Positions 11,297 to 22,543 of a stretch of 64,000 nucleotides of DNA are shown piece after piece. The notes under the pieces were generated by a model, which did not search any database, was not told the origin of the DNA, and saw only the letters and a program-made list of their open reading frames with translations. This DNA is from Podarcis erhardii (taxonomy: Eukaryota). The stretch lies in NCBI GenBank assembly GCA_964252035.1, contig OZ176201.1, one strand, 5' to 3'. The position numbers were made by a program, and so were the translations under genes. The first letter of the stretch is position 1, and each line of letters opens with the position of its first letter.

Positions 11297-13112
11297 GCCA
11301 CCCAAAGTCTCCCCACGTATTTTAACTGTACCTTTGCATTATCAATCTTTTTAACTCCATACTTATTACTGATGTGGGAAAAGGGGGACCTGATTTGACT
11401 CACACGTTTCCATATTTAGTAAGGAGAATTGGTCTCTGGCAAACAGCATCTTCTTCCTCTGCCTGGCCTTTTGCTTGGCTTTAGTGCCTTTAGGAAAGCA
11501 TCAAAAACATCTAAAACATGCTTTCAAGACCATGGTGATCTATACCTGTCATTGAATGAGTAAAATGAAAAGGAAAACTCATTCACAGCACGCAGCAGAA
11601 ATGGCAGCGCTGGCCTGGATGACGGCCCTGAGAATGTCAGGGGTTTGTTTTTAATATTCAGCTGGCAGATTCCTTAAAAGTCTGTCTGCATATATTTTTT
11701 AAAATGTCACAGCATGGTCCTTGGCTAGCAGGTAGAGCAGTAAGACCTTTGGATTGGCAGTGGCAGCAGCTGCTGCTGCTCACTTGCTGCTTCACTCATA
11801 ATAGACAGATAATTGGCACTGGCTTTAATTGGTCTCTTTCCTACAATTGGCATTGTTGAGTAACAAATAGATCAGCCACTACAGAAGTCAATGAAGCCTT
11901 CCACCAGATAATGTCTATGTTGTGCATAGTTGTTGCTGTGAGGCACTTATTCTCTCTGTTGCTCAGATGAGAAAGATTTTTCAGATTTTTCAGATTTCAT
12001 AATCTGACCCTTAAGTTTGGTCTGGTTTGTTTGTCAAGACAGAGAGTCTACTGCCAGCCTTTTGGATTCATAGACATTCATTTAACTTACCGGTATATAG
12101 ACTTTTGTCTTCCATTACTCCAAAAATAAGGTTTACACAGAAATCCTTTCAATGCATATAATCCATATGCAGTGGCTACTTGTGAGAATCTACTAATCCA
12201 AAATTGGGACAAATAGCATCCACTCTACAGTAAAATTACCTATGAGCAAATGAAACATGGAAACACATGATTTTCATGACTATACTCTAAATGTGTGGTG
12301 ACAACGCTCAAACCTATTTTGACATCCCTTCTAAGCTGGAAACCTTTTTCCTAATCCTAACCCTAAGTGTACCTGGCTGCTTATGTTGTGATTATTAGTA
12401 TTTGAAGAAAGGCACCCGGCACATGCTTATATGTGCTTTCTTATTCACTGCAACTCTGGGGTTCCAAGGGAGATACAAGGCTGAAATTAAGTTTGGAGTA
12501 ATCTTTACCACATTCCTAAAGTTGATCTTTCCATCTTTATTCTGAGAATCATTTTTAAATGCAGTACTAATGAGAGCTGGACCTACTTTTTCCACTTAGT
12601 GGCTGTGAGCTGTGTGACTGTGCCTCCTATGATGTTGGTGAAAAGCTATTTTTGTGTAGCAGAGGGCAACAGTAATATGGCACAATTAACCAATCTATAG
12701 TGATAAATACTAGTCATATAGTTACTGGTTGAATTTTTATTGGATATTAGACAGTATTCAAGAACCAAACATCAGTAAAAACAACTAATTTGCTTTTGCT
12801 TGCCTTTCACTTACAGCAAGCATGAAGCATGTATATGGTGAAAATGCAATATGTGAAGCATCCCTCAGACTCAATTCGATATTTCTGTTGAAGTGTTTAT
12901 CATTATGTTTTATTCTGCATTGTGGTTTTTAAATGTTTCAGAAGTTCTGTATTTTGATCTTTTGTAAGTTGCTTTGATAGTAAAAAGCATTGAACAAATG
13001 TAATAAGAATAACTTTTGTTTTCTTAAAGCAGTGGTTTCCAAAATGCCAACTTTCAGAGTGACCTTTAACATTGATTTGTCTTGCCAATAAATCTCTTGG
13101 CATCTGCTAAGG

Positions 13113-13248
13113 CAGGGTTTCCCAAACTTGGGTGTCCAACTGTTTTTGGACTACATTTCCCATCATCCCCAACCATTTGTCCTGCTAGCTAGGAATGATG
13201 AAAGTTATAGTCCAAAAACAGCTGAAGACCCAAGTTTGGGAAACCTTG
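13113..13248. mobile_element. 136-bp hAT-type MITE
   Basis: TIRs CAGGGTTTCCCAAACTTGGGTGTCCAACTGTTTTTGGACTA and TAGTCCAAAAACAGCTGAAGACCCAAGTTTGGGAAACCTTG; core ctacatttcccatcatccc. No intact TSD. Confidence 0.85.
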
Positions 13249-13775
13249 TCACCATCTCAGTTCACATAGGTTATCAACTATGGTAACCTTTGCCAAATTC
13301 CTGCGTAAACTGAGGGCCAAACCACACAATGTTAAATGAATAGAGTTGCATCCAACAAAGTTGTTCCATTTTAGCAAAGACTTCCAACTGCACAGTGGAA
13401 CTTCCCCTCCCTCTCCTCTCCCTATACACCCCCCAAATTTGTTCTGGATGGTTCACAATTTTTACAGTGCTTCCCCTCTCTACCCATCTTGCAATGAACA
13501 GACCACACTGTTCGTAAGTTTAAATGCTTTACTTACAAACTCCAAAGGTCAGAGTCATTCTATGCACAGTTATTCTATGCAGCAGCAATGTGGGATACAA
13601 AATATAGTGAAATAGCTCTAAGCACATGATCTGAGTTTGTAGCGAGCAAGCTCAGGCACATCCTATCTCACATAGTGAAAGAAAATGAACAAAGAAGCTT
13701 TACTTCTCTGGAGACAAGGGCCCATGACCTAACTGAGTCTAGGAATATAATTCTCTGGTCTTAACCCCTTCACGT

Positions 13776-14130
13776 GGGACACAGGTGGTGCTGTGGGTTA
13801 AACCACAGAGCCTAGGACTTTCCGATCAGAAGGTCGGTGGTTCAAATCCCTGTGACAGGGTGAGCTCCCGTTGCTTGGTTCCTGCTTCTGCCAACCTAGC
13901 AGTTCGAAAGCACGTCAAAGTGCAAGTAGATAAATAAGTACTGCTCCAGTGGGAAGGTAAACGGCATTTCCGTGCGCTGCTCTGGTTTGCCAGAAGCGGC
14001 TTAGTCATGCTGGCCACATGACCTGGAAGCTGTATGTCGGCCCCCTCAGCCAATAAAGCGAGATGAGCGCCGCAACCTCAGAGTCGTCCGTGACTGGACC
14101 TAATGTTCAGGGGTCCCTTTACCTTTACCT
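13776..14130 (+). mobile_element. Full-length Sauria SINE
   Basis: Same head, body and (ACCTTT)n tail as 4022-4381; 15-bp TSD ttaaccccttca(c/t)gt at 13761-13775 and 14131-14145. Confidence 0.95.
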
Positions 14131-14564
14131 TTAACCCCTTCATGTATTAACTAGCCCTAAGCTTGCTACTTATATTTGACTGCAATTTCCCCACAACCCC
14201 CTTTTCAGGCAAATATGACAATTGGATGCACAATTTAATAAACCACCCAGAGTCCCATCTTGACTTAAAGGTTCTCAAAACTGTGTTGTTTGGCTCTGGG
14301 TCAATTTGTACAGCGCTCTTCTTTGGCTGCACATAAATGTCAGTAATGGTAGGCAAGTTATCATGCTGGGAAATGTTTGCCATTTCTAATAAGCTTCTGA
14401 GAAACCCTAGGGCTCTCCAGAACATTGTTTGGGAACCACTGCCTTAAGCTATAGGTAGGATCACTGAATGATAAGACTGGTATTATTCCATTATTTTAAA
14501 CACAGTATCATGAGCCCTTTGAAGCCCTTTGTTGTCTAATGTCAGCCCTTATTTCTCTTTAAAG

Positions 14565-14786
14565 GTGGATCCAGAGAAATGCCGCTATCTTGTGGGTAGC
14601 ATCTTGAGTGAAGGAGAAGAGAAGCCATCTGAGGAAGTGGTGCGCATGTTTCTGAAGTATGGTTTCAAGATCATCAACTTCCCAGCCCCTAGCCATGTTG
14701 TCATGGCAACTTTTCCCTACACGACTCCACTGTCCATCCATCTGGCAGTGAACCGTGTCCACACAGCCCTTGACGTATACATCAAG
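14565..14786 (+). CDS. TEX264: Internal coding exon of TEX264 (ER-phagy receptor / p97 cofactor), 74 codons, middle of the GyrI-like domain
   Basis: Translation VDPEKCRYLVGSILSEGEEKPSEEVVRMFLKYGFKIINFPAPSHVVMATFPYTTPLSIHLAVNRVHTALDVYIK aligns without gaps to human TEX264 VPPDKCRCAVGSILSEGEESPSPEL...FPAPSHVVTATFPYTTILSIWLATRRVHPALDTYIK (recalled; about two-thirds identical). Branch-like CTAAT at 14536-14540, pyrimidine tract and AG at 14563-14564, donor AAG|GTGAGT at 14786/14787. Length is 222 nt, phase 0-0. Confidence 0.95.
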
Positions 14787-17700
14787 GTGAGTGATCCTAT
14801 GTAACAAGTCTTCTGTTTTAAGCCTGCTAGGTAAAACCCTCTCCTTGCCTTGTGAAGGTGATACACATTATCTTATATTATATATTTCCAATTAATCATG
14901 CAGCCTGAATCCTTTTTCTGTTTCTGGCTGTTAAATATTATTTACCTGTGATACCGTCTTTCCTTTAGACTTTGCAAAGACACCAGTTATCTTTCGGGAT
15001 CAGTGGAGTGTATGAAGTAGTGGTGGGGAATCTTTGACCGTTGGGCCTAATTAGGTCTGACAGGCCTCTCCATTTTGTCCACGAGAAACCATACCCACCT
15101 GCCGTAAACTTGACGTCATGTATGATGTCAGAAATAGGTCCAGGAAGGTCAAGGCTGAGCCAATAAGTGATCTGCACGGCTTTTCTTTTCTTTTCTTTTC
15201 CTTTCTTTTCACAATCACTGTTGATGGGCTGTCCTTTCAGAGGGCTGTGCATGGCACTTTGCAGCCCTGACTTATCTGATATTAAGGACTTCAAAGTGTT
15301 GTACAGGCACTCCGTAAGCATTAACAATCAACTGATCATTTGTACTTGCAGGAAGCTCTGCACAATGGTTTGAAGACTCAACAATTGGAGACTTTAAAGT
15401 GCCATGTCATGGATCACCTGATATTATTCTGGCATCAGGTGATAAGTAGGCAGCCCTACCACCTGTCAACTTTTACCCAGAGGATGTTAGGGAGATAGGG
15501 GTCCAGCCCACAGACCAAATCTATTTCCCCATTCCTGGTATAATGTTCTACACAAGGTTTTGAAATATTCACTGTTATGATGGAAACGTGGGGGTTTTTT
15601 TGCTTGTAATCTTCTTCGTGTGTACCAGTGGAAGACACTTTCTTACCATCCCCAAAGGACTGGGATGATTTTTTTGCTAAATATGTTTGAAACTAAAAGT
15701 TTGTTGGCCTCATAGATATTTCCTCAGAGAATGCCAATTTTGTGTGTATGTATGAATGAGTGAGTGGGTGGGTGCTTCTAGATCAGTGCTTCTCAAATTC
15801 ATTTCTTTGGGCCACACTTTCAGAATAACATTTGCTCATGCCACACCAAATTTTTAATTCATAAAAATATATTAGAAAATAAAAACAACAACTCCTAGCA
15901 GGGCTTAATCTATAACACAGAACATAACTACTGTAAAATATTATCTTGGGACATCCAGAAAGTATGCTGTGCTGTGCTGTGCTATACTATGCTACACCGA
16001 AATGTTTATTTGATTGTTCTTGAATCTTTCTGCCACACTTGCCATCCATGCCATCCACTCCATCCACTCCCCTTTGAGAACCACTGTTATAGATGGAGAG
16101 CCTCTAGTGCTGTAAACTGCAAGCAGGATTGCATTAGCCATCCACACTTCAGGGGTCTATCCTTTTTGGGGGCCTGTATGCATGGCACTATGGGCAAGAC
16201 AAAGCTTTGTGAGAATTGTTGTTTCCTCTCCTTTCCCCTCATTCGTCACTTTCTCTTCTGACATTTTGAAGCAGATGCTTCTCAGTGCCATTTTAGCCCC
16301 TTATTTTGTATTTGTACCTGTGTACATGTATGCAGTTACTGAAGCAGTACAATTGAAAAAAATTAAAAAGTTGTATTTTTTTTAAAAAAAAAGACAATGC
16401 CTGCAGCTCAGGGCAAGAGGGTTGCAGCTTATCTTATGCATTAACATGATTATGGATTGGGCTGTAGGTCCCATGGATTTCACCTGGAAATGCCCTTTTC
16501 CAGTGTGGTTAATTTCACAATGGAACCTAATCAGATATCCTGATCCAGTCAGTGTTACAATATGGATAGAAAATTTACAGCCTTGATTTTTCCTTGTTAG
16601 TTGTGTCAGTCTACTGTAGTATAACTGCATTAAAAACAAATTGTGCCCGACTGCAGTCCAGGGTTAATGGACTGCAGCCTTATAGGGTTTTAGCCAGAGA
16701 CACCTGCACATCTGTACTTGGAAGTAAGCACTGATGTTTTCAAAGTAATCTACTAATTAAATAACTATTTGAACTGTGTGGGTTGAGGGAACCTCATTAC
16801 AGGAAGCAATTAATTAAGGCAGAGAGCTGGTAGATCAGGAGAAAAAGGACTTATGGTGCAGGATGTGAAACAGCTCTGAAACCAGAAATTCATGGCAAGC
16901 AGCTGAGGAGGAGAGGCTGTCCCAACATGTCATCTACCTCCCCCGGGAACATTTCTTCTCACTCTGCTTCCATCACACATTTTACCATCCATACCTGCAA
17001 AGAGATTGAACTGCTATTCTGTTCTTCCCCTCCTTAGCAGATTTTCTGTGGGTTTTTTATTTTATTTTAAAAAAAGGTAGAGGAAGGTAAGAAAACATGG
17101 GAGGATTGCAAGTGGCTTATGAAATTGTCTGGACTCTCCGTAAAATTGCACAAAGGAGACATGGCAATTTCAGAGCAACAATCTTGCCTAGAAGAAGAGA
17201 GAGAGAGAAACACAGGAATGTGATTTTGAAGAGAATGCATTTAGGTTCCCATGTACGTTTTGTACATCACAAATGTTTCCATTCATATATCTTCTCCTAT
17301 ATAATAGAGCACAACTGATTCCCATCTCCTGTCAAACGAATTCCCTGTCACAAACTTTTAACTCTAAAAAACACATCCCTAAAATCTTATCTGACTCTTG
17401 CTAAAACATTTGCCGCTGTTTCCTAGCACCCTGTGTGAGAGTTTTCCTTCATCAGAATTGACAGCTTTACGTGCTTTTTTGCTTGCCCTATTGCGAGCCA
17501 GCAAAGAACACTCTTTGGAAAGACTGCCATTCAGTTATCTTGTTTATTCCCCATCTCTGATAAGAAAGCTAGCTGAATGGACATACTGTAACCTGCAAGA
17601 GTGTTATTTAGTTCAGAAGGGAGAGACTGTTTAGAGACCAAAGGACAGTGCAATTCAATTCAGTTTTCATGTAGGTCATCCCCATTCTCTGGAATTTTAT

Positions 17701-18252
17701 CTCTTCCCCAACCCTGCCCTATGTTGCTTAGAATGCAGGCGATCTTGAGGAGAAGACAAAGGAACAGTCAAACTTGGAAACCTCCATGGATTGCAATATA
17801 TGATGTTAGGAGAAAGAGAGCTTATGTTTTTCAAAGGGGGGAAATATTACTGATCATGAATTTCAGAATTCCTGTGTTGATTGTAAGCTAGGGCATTTCC
17901 ACATGTTCAGCATGATGGTGATGTCGATTGGTACTTGCCTCCCTTTCTCCCTAATTTATACCAATTTGTTTAAACCATTATTAACTGATAATCTTAGAAT
18001 GTTAAGTCATCACAGTTGATTTTAAAAGCAGATTGCATTTTTGTTCTTACTGGATTATTTTTGTTTATTTTAAATAAAAAGATAACATTTAAAACACCCA
18101 CCTTTCTTAACTGGCCTGACTTGAACCCTAGCTATACTTCCAAAATGTTTTCTCAAGGCTCTATCTGCACCTACCTCTTTAAAAGCAACACTTTTGTGTG
18201 CTGAATTGGGCATTAAAAAAAATTCATAGACAGCAATGCTTGTGTGCTAATA

Positions 18253-18494
18253 CAGTGGTACCTCAGGTTAAGAACTTAATTTGTTCTGGAGGTCTGTTCT
18301 TAACCTGAAACCATTCTTAACCTGAAGTACCACTTTAGCTAATGGGGCCTCCTGCTGCCGCCACCCCGCCACCCTGTGATTTCTGTTCTCATCCTGAAGC
18401 AAAGTTCTTAACCCGAGGTACTATTTCTGGGTTAGCGGAGTCTGTAACCTGAAACATCTGTAACCTGAAGCATCTGTAACCTGAGGTACCACTG
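18253..18494. mobile_element. Tigger/pogo-like (Tc1/mariner) MITE
   Basis: Perfect 18-bp TIRs CAGTGGTACCTCAGGTTA; TA TSD at 18251-18252 and 18495-18496. Confidence 0.92.
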
Positions 18495-20458
18495 TACTTC
18501 CTTCTTTATAATGTGGCTGGGGATATAAGACTGCCTTCAAAGAGGACCTGCAACGGCACCAGGAAGCACCAGTGCTTTGTGCTTCCTGTTGTATCATCTT
18601 CCCCACTCCAACTTATCATTGTTTGCAATGAAATCTCTTATATCTCCTATAGCAGGTTGTTTCCCACAAATATTCCTATAAGGAAATTGGTGGATAGACT
18701 GTTGGAAATGACAGAGCCTTCATTATGGGATTCCCCCTGTTGCTCTTGCCAGGTAGCTATGACACTCACATAGTTGTATTAAAAAATCCCTGCTAAACTA
18801 TTATTTCTTTTATGTTAGTAAACATGTCTGGATTAAATTTGTGCCAAAATCTGGTTTTTAAAACAGAAAACATGTAGTGTCTTTAAAAAAGAAATCTCTA
18901 TATAAATAAAAAAGTGGCGACTAGACATTATGGTTTTGTGCCTACAGTCCAAGTCCCAGGAGCAATGTTGCTCCTAACTTTTGTATCCCAGTTTCTAACA
19001 CTGATTATGAGATACTTACTGATTGGAAATGAAGTGGTGTGACCATCATAAAACTTTTGCACCTGCAAATATTATTCAAAGTGGGATCATGTATTATAGC
19101 CCTGATATCATCATGCACACAGATAATCATGGAATGTGCAGTAAAAAATGACATCTGGAGGGGCCCTCAGTGCCTATCATGCATGCATATTTTGAGCAAT
19201 ATACATGCAGCATCCCCCCTTTAATCCAGATTTAATGTTTCTGCAATAACATCCCCCCCTACCCATTAAAGGGTAGAAAAAATGTGGAATGGCATTTTCA
19301 TGGGGATGGTATTGCCTGAATTTGTGTCTATGGGCAGCGCCATTTCCATAATAAATGGCTGTGTGCAAATGTCCATTGTTCAGCATTTGCACACTAGTTT
19401 CCTTTGGCCCTAACTATGGGTAAATTCACAAACCTTGTTGTAGCTTGTGCTGATAAAGTGAGTAGAAAGTGAGTAAGGAAAGCAGTGCTATTAAGTGTGC
19501 ACTTTATGTGCGAGTCTACGTTTTTAATAGCAACATCAGATTTACCAAATTTACACTTGCTTTAGGGTGCAGAGATGACATTTGGATGCTCCAGGAAAGG
19601 TCCTGGAGAGTGCATCTGTAACATAAGCAGTGAAATCATTAAAGCTAAAAAAAGGAGCTACAGATAGTGCTGGGAACACCTGGTAGCTTTTTAATGAGAT
19701 CTGCCTTTCTGGTTTAAAAAATAAATACATCCAGAATCCTTGGTGCATATATTTTTCAAACTGAATGAAGAACAGAGATTTATCCTAAGTTGAAACTTTT
19801 CTTTTTCAACCTAGTGAGATAGAAATCTTGGGCATATGTGCATCAAATTTATGATTGCTTTGTGTGTGTGCCTCTCTTGGGAACTTGAAACTGGATATTT
19901 TTATTGCAGATTTCAGTCATGGAGTTTCTGTGAATGAGGTTATTGAGGTAATGTAACTTGGTTATGGGGCATATTAGAGGGTTAGTCAGTTATAGGTTTG
20001 AGGGTTTTTCAGTTGACCCTATTTATAAGTAAATCTCAAAGCAGACAGAAAAGATTTTCCATTTTTACAAATACGGAGTTGAAATTCAGAAATTTGAAAT
20101 GATAATACATGAGGAAGAAAGAGTTAGTTAGGTGCGTGCCTGTGGATCTTAGAGTTGTGATTCTAACCAAAACCAGAGGCAAATGAGCAGAGCACAGATT
20201 AATTACTAAGGGAGTGCTATCAGAACTACCTGTTCTTTTTAGAGGCTTGTTCTTCCTTACCTTTTATTGATTTCCTGAATGTAAGACTAGAGCTGGAAAA
20301 ATACAAGGTCTCTAGCTGCTGAGGCTCCTAGAACCATAATCCTAAAAAAGTAAATTCTCTCTATTCTATAGAGGGACTCAGTTGTTTGAATGGCCTGAAG
20401 TTTGGACCTGGATTGGTGAACTATCCAATCAGTGTGTGCTTCAACCACTTTTCAACCT

Positions 20459-20651
20459 GATAATAATAATGATGATGATAATGATAACAACAATAAATTT
20501 ATTACTTATACCTCGCCCATCTGGCTGGGTTTCCCCAGCCACTCTGGGCGGCTTCCAACAAGAGATTAAAAATACATTAAAACATCAGTCAACACCCCCC
20601 TCAAAACACCAGTCATTAAAAACTTCCCTAAACAGCGCTGCCTTCAGATGT
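20459..20651 (-). mobile_element. L2 LINE 3' end (young lacertid family)
   Basis: Degenerate (TTA)n tail, 3' UTR cgcccatctggctgggtttccccagccactctgggcggc, and ORF end aaacagcgctgccttcagatg (HLKAALF); same family as 43830-44829. Confidence 0.9.
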
Positions 20652-22489
20652 AAAGGTATAGGGATGTGCAACACGGCCTCCTGTCACTGCCAGAGAGCTT
20701 GAAGTAGCTGGGTTGGACAGACCTGGTATTAAATAGTGGAAGCTTGGTCATCTGTTGTAGACTAGTCAACAGATCAGAACCTTCTGTCTTCTGCACTTTT
20801 GTCTTCGGTTTCTCAACTCCAGTGTGGCCAGTCTTTCTGGCAAGAGTCTGTCCTTGAGTCAAGTATAAAGTATGAGAAAGTGCATATGCAACCCTGCCAC
20901 GTGCCTTGGTGTAGTTTTTGTCTTTTGTCTTACTGAACTGAGGAGGGGTCAGGCATGTTGACCTGACAAGCCCATAGGTTCTTTCCAGGGGTGTGCTACA
21001 TGCTTCCAGTACCTGTGACACTTGTCTAGGCACTACTGTATATTACAGTAACTCTCCAAAATTAGACTGGCTTTTCGGAGTTGCTTTGATATGCTGCCTT
21101 TCTGCTGTGACATTTGAGGTAGTTTACAATTCAGTACTAAACTAAGAGAAAAAATAATAAAAAGAGCTGTTTAGAATCTCTTCAAGAGATGATAGCAAGA
21201 GTGCCTTGATCTGGGCTGCTTTTGTTTTCTTTTGGGGACCTGTTTTCAGCCCAGGTAAGACCTTCTTTTACAGTTATCCAGACCTCTTTGCCTACTTGCT
21301 TGCTTCCCTTTTCATTTTTCTTGAGTCTAGGACTCTCACAAGGCCAGTGCACCCAGAATTGCTCCATTGCTAGATTTTTTAATTCCAATATCCTGGCAAA
21401 AGCAATATAGAGTCTTGTGCCACCATAAAGGCTAACTTGCTTATTATAGCATAAGCCTTCATGAACTGAGACCCACATCAACAGTGTGCCTATTTCCTGG
21501 CCCTGATTTGCCTGCAGATACAGCTGTGGAGCCCCGGAAATGATGCATTATCAGTACCATGCACCTTGTGCCATTTTGTGTAAGAACATCTAGGATGTTA
21601 TAGGAGGGCAATTTTTGCAGTCACCCAAGCCATATACCACAAATAAGTAAAAACTGTTCAAACTTCCCTAGGTGAGTTCACCTCTGTTGCTTGGAAGAAG
21701 AGGGTGAAAGCCATTTTAGCAGAACTGTCTAAACCTACAGCTTGGTTTCCTTGCAAAGCCAATTCTGCCAATGTATCATGCTCCTCTCTTAAAACTCCCT
21801 CTTCTTCCCATATCTTTGAACTGCTTTTCACAATGGCAGGTTTGACATGAATAGCACCTGGAGACCAGGCTTGTCACTTGGCTGCCCCTTTCATTCAAGT
21901 TTGTACCTGAGCCCTCAGAAGTGTCAGGTTCTTGTTTCCCTCCCACAATATGGAGCACTGGGATCTCTGCATTTTGCTACTGTTCACATACCAGAGTAGA
22001 CATTTGCCAACTTCACAGCCGGGGTTGGGGGGGGGGAGGGGGAGGGGATGGCTTTCCTGAGGCATTGCTCCCAAATCAGGGATGTTCTCACATCCCCTCC
22101 TGGCTCCTGTGGCAAACAGCATCTGCTCCCCTGGCACCTGTTGGAGAGACAGGGTAAGAAAACAAGAGAGAAACTTTCACAGAAACAGGTGACCTGTGCA
22201 CATTTTCTGATGGGAATATGTGTTGCCATGGAGACAGCTTCTCCAAATAGCTCCCCTCCACCTCCCCCAAGCAACTGAGGCGCAAGCAAGACATTTTTGC
22301 AGTGTCTGGTTTGAAAAGATTCTCTTAATGAGAGTCGTAGGTCAGGCGAGCTGAGCGAAGGAGACCCCCTTTCTGCTGCTTTGTCCCTGCGGGATGCACC
22401 GAGCAGGCAAACGGGCTTATGAAAAAGAAGTCTCTTCAAAGGGTCTCCGTGTTGTAAATGAAATGAAGGCTCTGGTTCCCCCCATCTTT

Positions 22490-22492
<3 letters not shown>

Positions 22493-22540
<48 letters not shown>
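22493..22540. repeat. (GA)24 microsatellite
   Basis: 48 nt of pure GA repeat. Confidence 0.98.

Positions 22541-22543
<3 letters not shown>

Noticed and set aside
1-14564. TEX264 first coding exon (TM anchor to YYDNPH) or RAD54L2
   Set aside because: No matching peptide found by eye; probably upstream of the window.
19361-19394. Perfect 11-bp hairpin gtgtgcaaatg / catttgcacac around a SOX motif
   Set aside because: By my rough estimate, one stem of this length is near chance in 64 kb, and it is too short for a pre-miRNA.
19910-19947. 38-nt poison cassette exon (ttattgcag|…|gtaatg)
   Set aside because: The donor is only moderate, and such pairs are expected by chance in long introns.
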